From the NCBI RefSeq assembly GCF_008000775.2, contig NZ_CP042905.2, positions 1,170,001-1,202,000 of the forward strand: a stretch of 32,000 nucleotides of DNA. The letters are read 5' to 3'. Position 1 is the first letter of the stretch, and the number at the start of each line of letters is the position of its first letter. Positions 18,257-27,090 of the stretch are shown one piece after another. This DNA comes from Promethearchaeum syntrophicum. GTDB taxonomy: Archaea > Asgardarchaeota > Lokiarchaeia > Sigyniarchaeales > Promethearchaeaceae. The notes beneath the pieces were generated by a model. It saw only the letters and a list, made by a program, of their open reading frames with translations, searched no databases and was not told where the DNA came from. The position numbers were made by a program, and so were the translations under genes.

Positions 18257-18994
18257 ATGGATAAAGATAAAAAAGAGAATAAAAAGCAAGAAATTGAAGA
18301 AAAGGATAATAAAGTACAAGAAACAAACCCATCTGAGACTTTGAAACCAGATACAAAGAGTAAAAAAGATAAAAAGAAAAAAGAAAAGCCAAAAACAGAG
18401 ATCGAAATATTAAAAGATAAAGTTAAAAAATTAGAAAAACAAGTTGCTGAAGAAAAAAATAAATTTGCCTTTCTTCAAGCCGAACTTGAAAATACCAGAA
18501 AACATTACATCCGTCAGCAAGAAGCAGCTAAAAAAAGAACAAAAATCAATACGATTACATCCTTTACTCCTTTAATTGATAGTTTTGAACTCGCGTTTAA
18601 GAGTAATGAAAAATTATTAGAAAATAACAATGAGAAATGCCAAATAGAAACGTTCGTTGATGGATTTGAAAAACTCTATGAAAATTTGAAAACGATCTTT
18701 GATAAATATGGTGTGAAACCTATTGAAGAAACAAATATTCCCTCAGATTATAGACAGCACGAAGTGATTCTGAGAACCATCAATGATGAACTTCCTGAAG
18801 ATACTGTCCTGCAAATCGTTCATAAAGGTTATAAGATGAATGGTGAAGTAATTCGACCTGCTAAAGTAGTAGTATCAAAAAAAACCCCTATAGTATTACC
18901 TCCTGAACCAATTTCTGATTCTGATAATGGCGAAGAAAAGAATTTAGAAGAAGTAAAAAAGCCTGAAGGGGAAAAACAGATTCCGTTTGAGTAA
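18257..18994 (+). CDS. grpE: GrpE nucleotide-exchange factor for DnaK, with a long Lys/Glu-rich N-terminal extension
   Basis: The coiled-coil segment LQAELENTRKHYIRQQE matches the GrpE AEFxNxRKR region. The C-terminal beta-domain reads VLQIVHKGYKMNGEVIRPAKVVVSK. An AGGTGA SD lies 10 nt upstream. Confidence 0.85.
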   Translation: MDKDKKENKKQEIEEKDNKVQETNPSETLKPDTKSKKDKKKKEKPKTEIEILKDKVKKLEKQVAEEKNKFAFLQAELENTRKHYIRQQEAAKKRTKINTITSFTPLIDSFELAFKSNEKLLENNNEKCQIETFVDGFEKLYENLKTIFDKYGVKPIEETNIPSDYRQHEVILRTINDELPEDTVLQIVHKGYKMNGEVIRPAKVVVSKKTPIVLPPEPISDSDNGEEKNLEEVKKPEGEKQIPFE

Positions 18995-19002
18995 TTTTTT
19001 CA

Positions 19003-20070
19003 TTAACTATCTTCGATTGTTTTTATACCATTAATTAACAACAAGTTATCTACTTGATTTTCCATCCAATCAATTAATTCATTTATTCCTGCACGTTTTG
19101 GAAGACTCGAAAATATAATTTGCCAGTCACGATCATGAATATCGTTCAATTTAAATTTCTCACTTATTACTTTTAGATTTTTATCGCAACCAGGCAAATC
19201 GGTTTTATTTACTAAAAACAACAAAGGAATTCCTTTTAATTCATATAGATTTAACATATTCCAAAGCTCTTCTTTTGCTTCCAAAAATCTTTCTGAATCT
19301 GCACAATCCAAAACATATAATAATAAATTGCTAGCTTGTGCACCTCGTAACCAATCAGATCGAAATATTTTTTGTCCAGGCATATCCCAGCATACAAGTT
19401 TCACCCCAGAATCCAGTTTAACATTTGTGATTCTGAATTTTTTTGTGGGGGGAAAATAATCAAAATTAAATTTACCCGTGGATAATAAGCGCATAAGAGA
19501 AGATTTTCCAGCAAAATCAATGCCATAAACGAAAACTTTAACTAATGGGTTGCTGTTGGAATCAATCATCACTTTATTGATTTCTTTTTGAAAAACTAAG
19601 GATTCATCATCATATTTTCTTATATCGATAAATAATGTTAGTAATAAATTTGATTTATTTTTAATTTTATCAGTTTTATTAACTTTCTCGAAAGTTTCTA
19701 GGTATGAAACCATCAGATACTCTTGAAACAATCGAATCAGTTCATTACGGTAATCATATGGATTAGCATCTTTTTTAAAAACTAAACCTAAGATATATTG
19801 ATAAGGTAATGGAATGACTAATAAATTAACACCATTAACTTGAATCGCTTTTGAATTTGCATGTAAAAAATCATCTGTGAAGTGCTCAGGTTGATAGTTT
19901 TTTTCTAAAATAGTTTTTTGACTTATAATTATTTGCCGAACTATTTCATTAGAATCAAATAGTATATCTTCATCAGGATATGCAAGATACGCATTATTAA
20001 AATTGTCTGAATTTATTTCATTGCTATTATTTTCAGGGATCAAATTCATTAAGAAGATATTTTCAAGCAT
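19003..20070 (-). CDS. Arf/Arl-like small GTPase (C-terminal, about 19006-19542) fused to a ~175 aa N-terminal longin/roadblock-like domain
   Basis: G1 GIDFAGKSS. Switch I PPTKKF. G3 WDMPGQ, followed by an Arf-like interswitch/switch II (RSDWLRGAQASNLLLYVLDCADSERFLEAKEEL). G4 NKTDL. The N-terminal region has no nucleotide-binding motifs. Confidence 0.9.
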   Translation of the reverse strand: MLENIFLMNLIPENNSNEINSDNFNNAYLAYPDEDILFDSNEIVRQIIISQKTILEKNYQPEHFTDDFLHANSKAIQVNGVNLLVIPLPYQYILGLVFKKDANPYDYRNELIRLFQEYLMVSYLETFEKVNKTDKIKNKSNLLLTLFIDIRKYDDESLVFQKEINKVMIDSNSNPLVKVFVYGIDFAGKSSLMRLLSTGKFNFDYFPPTKKFRITNVKLDSGVKLVCWDMPGQKIFRSDWLRGAQASNLLLYVLDCADSERFLEAKEELWNMLNLYELKGIPLLFLVNKTDLPGCDKNLKVISEKFKLNDIHDRDWQIIFSSLPKRAGINELIDWMENQVDNLLLINGIKTIEDS

Positions 20071-20445
20071 GATACAAATTCATCCATAATAAGATACGTT
20101 TAATTCTATTGAAAAAATATATTTTTATTTTTAAATTCTCGCTATTTCATCATTTAATGAAAAAATTATTTATAAATTAACCCATTTTGGTTAAAATCTC
20201 GGGATTTTTATTATTCTTAATCATGTTTCCCAATATTTAAAAATATAAAAATTTTTGGGTATTTTAAACTCATTTCTGAGTATAACTTAAAATCGATAAT
20301 GATATAGAAAAAAGGATCATATTTTATTTGATTTTCAACCATTTATGAATAAGAAAAATAATTTTTTTAAGTTTTTGTAAGATTTTTATTCAAATAATTA
20401 TTAGAGTACTCACTACCTTAAATTTACAAATTAAGTGAGCATTCA

Positions 20446-22314
20446 ATGTATAATAATTTAATTTCAACAGTTGATTTAGAAAAATTAACTGCTTTAAACA
20501 ACCAAAAATTAATGGACATTGTAGATAAGGCCATTAAATTAATGAAGCCCGAAAAAGTCATTGTTTTAACAGACAATTCTGAGGAGATCGAAAACTTTCG
20601 CAATCTTACTATCGAAGCCAAAGAAGAAAAGAGCTTAGCTATCGAAGGCCATACGATTCATTATGATGGATATTATGACCAAGCCCGAGATAAAGGGCAT
20701 ACTGCTACATTGCTTCCAGCAGGAGAACAACTTAGTCGAGGATTAAATGTTATTGAAAGGAACAAAGGTTTAGAAGAAGTACTTGGTTTTATGGATGGAG
20801 CAATGCAAAACAAGACAATGATCATAAGATTTTTCTGTCTTGGGCCAACCAATTCTAGATTCTCCATTTCTGCATTACAAATAACTGATTCATTCTATGT
20901 TGCCCATTCAGAAGACATATTATATCGCCCCGGTTATGAACAATTTAAGAAATTAGAAGATAAAAATGATTTCTTCTATTTTTGGCACTCCGCGGGAAGG
21001 TTAGATGAGAGGAATACTACAGTTAATATTGATAAACGGAGGATATACATAGATCCTTTAGAAAATCGGGTTCTTTCAGTAAATAACCAATATGCAGGTA
21101 ATAGTTTAGCTTGTAAAAAATTAGCCCTAAGGCTTGCAATTTATAAAGCAAATCATTCAGATTGGTTAACAGAACATATGTTCATTTCGGCTTACTACTC
21201 TCCATTTAAAGATCGAAAAACATATTTTGCAGGGGCATTTCCATCAGCCTGTGGAAAAACCAGCACTGCAATGATTCCAGGAGCAACCATTGTAGGAGAT
21301 GATATTGCTTATATTAAAGAGGGTCCAGAAGGAGAAATGCGCGCAGTAAATATTGAACAAGGAATTTTTGGGATAATTAAAGATGTCAATGCACAGGATG
21401 ATCCTGAAATTTTTAAAGCAATCACAACTCCTAAAGAAATAATCTTTTCAAATATACTCACAACAGCAGATGGAAAAACCTATTGGCAAGGTATGGGAAA
21501 AAATGTGGAGATTCCAAAAGAGGGTTATAACCATTCAGGATCTTGGAAAGAAGGAGATAAAGATAAGGATGGAAATATTATCCCTCTTTCCCATCCAAAT
21601 TCTCGATTTACTGTTGGTATAAGTGAACTTGAAAATGTTGATGAAGCTTTGCATGCAAGTGAAGGCGTTCAAATTGATGCCATTTTATACGGAGGTCGAG
21701 ATAGTTATACAACAGTTCCCGTAGCGGAAAGTCTAAATTGGCGACATGGTGTCTTTATTGGTGCCACTATTGAATCTGAAACAACCTCTGCCACGCTTGG
21801 AAAATCTGGAGTTCGAAAATCAAATCCAATGGCTTGTATGGACTTTATAATTGTGCCTTTAAGCCTCTATTTCAAAAATCATTTAAAATTCGGTCGAAAA
21901 TTAAAGCAATGCCCAAAAGTTTTTTCCACTAACTATTTTCTAAAAGGGGAAAACGGGCAATATCTGAATACAAAGCTTGATAAAAAAGTATGGGTATTAT
22001 GGGCTGAAGGGCGAGTTCATGGTGATTATGATGCAATTCTCACTCCTATCGGTAATATTCCCAAATATGAAGATTTGAAAAATCTATTTTCTAATGTTTT
22101 TGACGGACGAGTTTACAGTAAAGAAGAATATAAAGAGCAATTTTCATTACATATTGATCTTTATTTAGAGAAATATCAACGAATGGAAGAGCTTTTCAAA
22201 GATGAACCGGATATGCCGTTAGAATTTTGGGATGAACTCACAAGAATCCGAAATGGATTGGAAAATCTTCAAAATCAGAAAGGGAAGAATGTAATATCTC
22301 CGTTCGATTTGTAA
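20446..22314 (+). CDS. pckG: Phosphoenolpyruvate carboxykinase (GTP-dependent)
   Basis: 622 aa. It carries the PEPCK-GTP signatures YAGNSLACKKLALRLA, kinase-1a FPSACGKTS, kinase-2 VGDDIAYI, HPNSRFT and YGGRD. Confidence 0.95.
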   Translation: MYNNLISTVDLEKLTALNNQKLMDIVDKAIKLMKPEKVIVLTDNSEEIENFRNLTIEAKEEKSLAIEGHTIHYDGYYDQARDKGHTATLLPAGEQLSRGLNVIERNKGLEEVLGFMDGAMQNKTMIIRFFCLGPTNSRFSISALQITDSFYVAHSEDILYRPGYEQFKKLEDKNDFFYFWHSAGRLDERNTTVNIDKRRIYIDPLENRVLSVNNQYAGNSLACKKLALRLAIYKANHSDWLTEHMFISAYYSPFKDRKTYFAGAFPSACGKTSTAMIPGATIVGDDIAYIKEGPEGEMRAVNIEQGIFGIIKDVNAQDDPEIFKAITTPKEIIFSNILTTADGKTYWQGMGKNVEIPKEGYNHSGSWKEGDKDKDGNIIPLSHPNSRFTVGISELENVDEALHASEGVQIDAILYGGRDSYTTVPVAESLNWRHGVFIGATIESETTSATLGKSGVRKSNPMACMDFIIVPLSLYFKNHLKFGRKLKQCPKVFSTNYFLKGENGQYLNTKLDKKVWVLWAEGRVHGDYDAILTPIGNIPKYEDLKNLFSNVFDGRVYSKEEYKEQFSLHIDLYLEKYQRMEELFKDEPDMPLEFWDELTRIRNGLENLQNQKGKNVISPFDL

Positions 22315-22326
22315 TTTTTTTTTTTT
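22315..22326 (+). terminator. Oligo-T tract (12 T) immediately after the PEPCK stop codon
   Basis: Read directly. Oligo-T runs are the usual archaeal intrinsic termination signal. Confidence 0.45.
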
Positions 22327-22522
22327 ATAAAGTTTTTTCCACGTTAATTTTGTGTGACTATTGAATGAAAAAGAAATAATTAATCGGTTAATATATTCTG
22401 GCTATAATTTTATTATAGTATGAAAGAAAAAATAGTAACATACCTCTGAATGTTTCAATATTTAGATCCAGTTTTGTGGAACAGAGGTTAATTTAATAGA
22501 AAAATAAGTTTAGGTGTAAATT

Positions 22523-23854
22523 ATGGGTTTATTTAATTTAAAAGAAAATAAAACAACAGTTAAAACTGAAATTATCGCAGGGATCACGACCTTTATGACT
22601 ATGGCGTATATCATAATTGTAAATCCTGCAATTCTCGAAGGAGCAGGTCTAGAATTTACCGGAATCTTGTTCGCCACTGTGCTGATTTCAGGTGTAATGT
22701 CGATTGTAATGGGTTTAATCAGTAATAATCCATATGCCGTTGCTCCCGGAATGGGGTTGAATGCCTATGTTGCGTATACTGTTTATACTGGCGGGATTAC
22801 ATGGGCAGAGGTAATGGGTGCTATTATTATAGCGGGTGCTATGTTAACCATTATGTCCTTTACTCCTGTTAGTAGCGGGCTCTTGAAAGCAATTCCTAAA
22901 TCTTTACGGTTTGGATTAGCGGCGGGAATTGGTATCTTTTTAGTTATTATTGGATTTTCGGATTCTGGTATAATTGTGACCGGGAGTGCTACAATTCTTG
23001 AATTAGGGCCGGTAAATCTTCAATTTGGGCTATTCATGTTCGGGTTGATTTTAACTTCATTCTTAATGATCAAAAAAGTAAAAGGTTCTTTCCTGATTGG
23101 AATAGTTGGAACCGCACTTTTGGGCGGTCTTTTCTCAATCGTTGGATGGGGGACTACATTTATTGATTCAACTTTCGAACCAATTGTGGTGGATTGGGCA
23201 AATATATTTGCATTGCCGAATACCGTGTATTTGTTTGACTTTGATCTAGGCGCAATTTTAAATCCTGCTTTGATCATTCCGATTTTCACATTGGCATTTA
23301 CCGACCTCTTTGATTCAATTTCTACTTTCTTGGGTGTTTCTGAAGTAGGAGGGTTGTTAGATGAAGAAGGAAATCCAAAAAATTTTAAAAGAACATTGAT
23401 TGCCGATAGTTTGACAACTATGATGTCAGGATTTGCGGGAACTTCCGACGCAACAACTTATATTGAAAGTGCCGCTGGTGTAGAACAAGGCGGACGAACT
23501 GGATTGACTGCGATTGTTACTGGTTTGTGTTTCTTGCCATTTATGTTTTTCAGCCCTTTACTTTCAGCAATTCCAGGATATTCAACTGGTCCAATTTTAG
23601 TTCTCTTGGGTGTTTTGATGTTCCGACCTCTGATGTCTCTTGATTGGTCCGATTATGAGGAAGCCATTCCAGCATTTGTTGCAATGATTATGATCCCATT
23701 GGCATATTCTATTACATATGGAATCATCTTCGGTATTTTATTCTATGTATTATTGAAAATCTTTGCTAAAAAAGCCAAGGAAATCAATGCATGGCTCTGG
23801 GTTACTTTTGCATTCGCCATTCTTGCCTTTGTCGCAGATAATTTCCTTTTGTAA
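22523..23854 (+). CDS. NCS2-family purine permease, AzgA subfamily (adenine/guanine/hypoxanthine)
   Basis: 443 aa. The N-terminal signature is TEIIAGITTFMTMAYIIIVNP. The protein has about 12-14 TM segments and the YIESAAGV motif. An AGGTG SD lies 7 nt upstream. Confidence 0.9.
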   Translation: MGLFNLKENKTTVKTEIIAGITTFMTMAYIIIVNPAILEGAGLEFTGILFATVLISGVMSIVMGLISNNPYAVAPGMGLNAYVAYTVYTGGITWAEVMGAIIIAGAMLTIMSFTPVSSGLLKAIPKSLRFGLAAGIGIFLVIIGFSDSGIIVTGSATILELGPVNLQFGLFMFGLILTSFLMIKKVKGSFLIGIVGTALLGGLFSIVGWGTTFIDSTFEPIVVDWANIFALPNTVYLFDFDLGAILNPALIIPIFTLAFTDLFDSISTFLGVSEVGGLLDEEGNPKNFKRTLIADSLTTMMSGFAGTSDATTYIESAAGVEQGGRTGLTAIVTGLCFLPFMFFSPLLSAIPGYSTGPILVLLGVLMFRPLMSLDWSDYEEAIPAFVAMIMIPLAYSITYGIIFGILFYVLLKIFAKKAKEINAWLWVTFAFAILAFVADNFLL

Positions 23855-23886
23855 TCTACTTGTTTAGTAGATTTCAATTTTTTTTT
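23854..23886 (+). terminator. Hairpin (7-bp stem ATCTACT/AGTAGAT, 5-nt loop, 23854-23872) followed by a 9-T run (23878-23886)
   Basis: Read directly. The stem starts at the last base of the permease stop codon. Confidence 0.55.
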
Positions 23887-24130
23887 ATATTTTGTTCTTT
23901 TTGATCTATTGGTTGTAATGCTAATTCTGAGATCCTATAGTAGAATTAGAACGTTTAAAACATGATTACTTTCCTCTATGGTGTAAATAGAGACTTAAGG
24001 TATAAAAAAAAAAGATAAATTTTCAATTCTTAACTGACATACTTCTTTAAAACGTTATAGGGCTATTCAAATTTGAAAGAGGTTAAGAAGAATGAAAAAA
24101 AACTCATTTCTGTATTTAGTCAATGAGATA

Positions 24131-24688
24131 TTATTTAGTGTTAAAACTGAATTCTTCAGGCCCCATGAACATAATTAACAAGGCTGGAAGAACTATTAAT
24201 ACAACTCCAGCACTGTATGTACATATCGCTACTATGATTCCATAGGCTAACATTTTTGGTATTTGAATGCTGCCAATAACAAAAACATCATTTACCAAGA
24301 AACTCCAGTCTTTTTCTTTCGATTTCTCGGCATATATTTTTCCATATGTCCAAACTAAATACGCCATGGCAACAACACTTAGCAAGTTCCATACTCCTGC
24401 AAAAATTCCCCCACCAATAAAGCTGATAATTGCACCTATTATTAAGAAAATTGATATTATTGCTAGAATTATCCATGAGAATTTTCCCAAAAATGAGACA
24501 AACTCTTCTAATGATTTCCACGTACTATCATCTCTAGTTCTTGGAGTTGCTTTTTTTTTAGCAATTTTGCTTGCTTCTTCGACAGTTGTTGGAGTTTCTT
24601 CCGGTATATCGTGGCCACACTTAGGACATACCTTCGCTCCTTCTAATCTTTGCCCACATTCGGGGCAAAACTTCTCAAAATACGACAT
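24131..24688 (-). CDS. N-terminal zinc-ribbon protein anchored by about 4 TM segments
   Basis: The N-terminus reads MSYFEKFCPECGQRLEGAKVCPKCGH, two CxxC knuckles. A charged linker and four hydrophobic segments follow. AGTGA lies 7 nt upstream of the ATG. Confidence 0.65.
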   Translation of the reverse strand: MSYFEKFCPECGQRLEGAKVCPKCGHDIPEETPTTVEEASKIAKKKATPRTRDDSTWKSLEEFVSFLGKFSWIILAIISIFLIIGAIISFIGGGIFAGVWNLLSVVAMAYLVWTYGKIYAEKSKEKDWSFLVNDVFVIGSIQIPKMLAYGIIVAICTYSAGVVLIVLPALLIMFMGPEEFSFNTK

Positions 24689-24810
24689 AAATTTTCACTT
24701 TATCACGAACCATATAGGTGTGATTGATTTATTCTATGGTTTTAATTATTTATATAAGTTTTTAAGCTGAAATTAATAAAATGAAAAAAATGAGAATTGG
24801 AAAAAATATT

Positions 24811-27090
24811 TTATAGGAATTCTTTAAAATGGGTTTCCACAAGTTTTCCGTCATCGGTAAAAAACCCCATGTTTCCAGTCCAATTTTCGAGAATATCTCC
24901 GTGTTTTTTTTCAAAATCTTCAATCGTACTTTTTAATGCCAATCGGATAGTAGAATTTTCCCGATCCGCAAATACGGCAGTAAAAAATGGAAATTTTTCA
25001 GAGTATTCTAAGATAACCTTTTTATCACCTGAATCAATGCCTCTTAGAAGGTCACTGCTTCTAGTTGTTTCTTGGATAAAGCCGGTTAAAGCACTAAACA
25101 TTCCGCTTACTAATGCGGGATCTACAGGTGAGCCTTTATCCCCTCTGAAATTGTAGTAAAATAGATCTCTTCCATCAATATAGAGTATATAAAGACCATC
25201 TATTCTCGCTTTTTCATGAGTAAATGAGAATTCAGGGACCCACCAAGATAAAATTTTCCTTTCAGTTAGATCTTTGAGTAAATCATGTAGATTCTGAGTT
25301 TCATATAAAGAATTGTAGAGTTCAGTTAATTCTTGACCAGTTAATCCATTGCTATTTTCCAATTTTAATATTAGATTTTTCAATTTAGGATCTTTTATTT
25401 CCGCTGTATCTATATTTTTGATGGTAATTAGATATTCGGGGTTTTTTTGGAAATCTTTGAAAGTAACCAATTCCTGTATGCTTGAATAGGTTATTTTCTC
25501 TACAAATTTATTTTCTTTAACAATTGTTTTTGTCATAAACTTCTTATTGATAAAAGCTATTAGATATCCATACAAAATAAATGAAACATATGGGCGTAAT
25601 ACTAAAAATGGATAAGCTAATATAGACAATACAATATTATTTGAAAAATTAGAGTTCATAAATCCTGTTCGCATGGTTATAAAATCGAAATTCATCTCCA
25701 TGCTAATTGGCGCGCTCGTAATCCACACAGCATCTGGACCTATATATGTGGGACTTAATGTTGAATAGAATTCAGGAATAAGTAAATAAAACAATATAGA
25801 TATTATAAACAAAAAGATACAGAAAAAGAATATTGATATTCCGCTGAAAGCATTTAATTGAATTGATTTTGCAAAGAAATATGCTATTACGAGCATTACG
25901 AGAATAACATGCAAAGAATCGATGAAAATTAGCAATTCTGTGATAGAAATAATGCCCAACGTAGGTGTTTCTGCAACTAAAGATAGTGTTAAGAAATCAA
26001 CTCCACCCTCAATAGTTGCAGTTATACTTAGTTTTAAAAACATTACTCCAAATTTAATAAAAATTACAATTGCAGCGGCAACGATGCTATAGGCAATTAC
26101 TATACTATTATTTGATATCTGTGATTTAACATTTTCTTTGGATTTCTTTTCCTGAGCTATTTTCCGCTCTAAGCGATTTTTTCTCCAATATATTAATTTC
26201 AAGAATATTAATATACTGATCGGCTCAAAAATTCGTAATAATATTATAAAAATAAATGCCCCCATGAAGAAATAAGCAAAAAAGTACAAAATAAGTACAA
26301 TACTATCAATTTTTTGTGCAATGAATAGAAGAATCGAAAGAATTGCAATAGGAGTACCTATTTGTGTCAAGCTTGTAAAAAATTTTGATTGAATTTGTTC
26401 CCCGATAAATCTCCCTTTAAACGATATCTTGCTTGATTTTATAAGCTGGTAGCAAAATAGAAATGTTACAATATATACAAAGAGAATTTCCAAAAACCAT
26501 CCTAATGCATCTGAAGATTCTGCCACATTCGTAGGTTCAACGTTAGCTATATCAAGAATTACAACTAAAATATATAAGGAGATTGGTAATAAAATTAAGA
26601 ATGCCATAAGCAATTCTTTTTCTTTTTTCCAATCCTTAGCCGTTAAGGATTTGATTATCATCTCTCGAGGACTTTCAGAGAATTCAAAATTAATTTTTGA
26701 ATATTTCTCATCCATTGTACCTGGTTCAGATTTTAATCGGAAATATAAAACCAACATCGATATAAATGGGGAGATGATGAATATTAGAGGTAAAATTACA
26801 AAAGGATATTGAAGATATAAGAGTAACATGGAAAAAGAGCGTTCAAATAAGAAAATTATTAAATAACCAATATTATTTTTTTCATTTTCTCCTAACGGGA
26901 TTTCTTTCACATCTTGGAAAATCGCAGGAAGAACCCAATAAATCAAGAAAAATATACATAGACCGAAATAAAACCTTCTGTAGATTAATCCGATTTTCTT
27001 TTTCCTTAAAAATATTAAGGGTATTGCAAAAATCAACACTGGAAACAAATTTATTACAATGCTTAATATAAAATCAATTGTTTCAGCCAT
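24811..27090 (-). CDS. Large polytopic membrane protein (about 14-15 TM) with a 241 aa soluble C-terminal tail; its last ~131 aa (about 24814-25206) look longin/roadblock-like
   Basis: 759 aa. Hydrophobic segments were counted by eye. The tail begins after …YGYLIAFINKKF. It contains a helical, possibly winged-helix-like, stretch (LTGQELTELYNSLYETQNLHDLLKDLTERKIL). It ends with a beta-beta-alpha-beta-beta-beta-alpha pattern (GLYILYIDGRDLFYYNF / PALVSGMFSALTGFIQETT / LRGIDSGDKKVILEYSEKFPFFTAVFADRENSTIRLALKSTIEDFEKKH). Confidence 0.8.
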   Translation of the reverse strand: MAETIDFILSIVINLFPVLIFAIPLIFLRKKKIGLIYRRFYFGLCIFFLIYWVLPAIFQDVKEIPLGENEKNNIGYLIIFLFERSFSMLLLYLQYPFVILPLIFIISPFISMLVLYFRLKSEPGTMDEKYSKINFEFSESPREMIIKSLTAKDWKKEKELLMAFLILLPISLYILVVILDIANVEPTNVAESSDALGWFLEILFVYIVTFLFCYQLIKSSKISFKGRFIGEQIQSKFFTSLTQIGTPIAILSILLFIAQKIDSIVLILYFFAYFFMGAFIFIILLRIFEPISILIFLKLIYWRKNRLERKIAQEKKSKENVKSQISNNSIVIAYSIVAAAIVIFIKFGVMFLKLSITATIEGGVDFLTLSLVAETPTLGIISITELLIFIDSLHVILVMLVIAYFFAKSIQLNAFSGISIFFFCIFLFIISILFYLLIPEFYSTLSPTYIGPDAVWITSAPISMEMNFDFITMRTGFMNSNFSNNIVLSILAYPFLVLRPYVSFILYGYLIAFINKKFMTKTIVKENKFVEKITYSSIQELVTFKDFQKNPEYLITIKNIDTAEIKDPKLKNLILKLENSNGLTGQELTELYNSLYETQNLHDLLKDLTERKILSWWVPEFSFTHEKARIDGLYILYIDGRDLFYYNFRGDKGSPVDPALVSGMFSALTGFIQETTRSSDLLRGIDSGDKKVILEYSEKFPFFTAVFADRENSTIRLALKSTIEDFEKKHGDILENWTGNMGFFTDDGKLVETHFKEFL

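Noticed and set aside
14825-20070. The LRR protein and the Arf-like GTPase as a split Roco (LRR-Roc-COR) system
   Set aside because: The two genes are 3.5 kb apart with three unrelated genes between them. The GTPase is Arf-like rather than Roc-like, and no COR domain is evident.
20409-20439. Inverted repeat CTCACT-N20-AGTGAG just upstream of the PEPCK start, as a possible operator
   Set aside because: It is only a 6-bp stem with a long spacer in AT-rich DNA. The downstream arm doubles as the SD-like GTGA. This is not distinguishable from chance.
22327-22522. Purine riboswitch upstream of the AzgA-type permease
   Set aside because: I could not find the conserved three-way junction or loop-loop nucleotides of the purine riboswitch. 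These riboswitches are also essentially bacterial. Only a generic hairpin is present.
24267-25156. Plus-strand ORFs 24267-24770 and 24797-25156, and minus-strand ORF 24288-24521
   Set aside because: They are antisense or off-frame to the zinc-ribbon membrane gene and to the conserved-looking C-terminal domain of the 759 aa protein. They have no start context.
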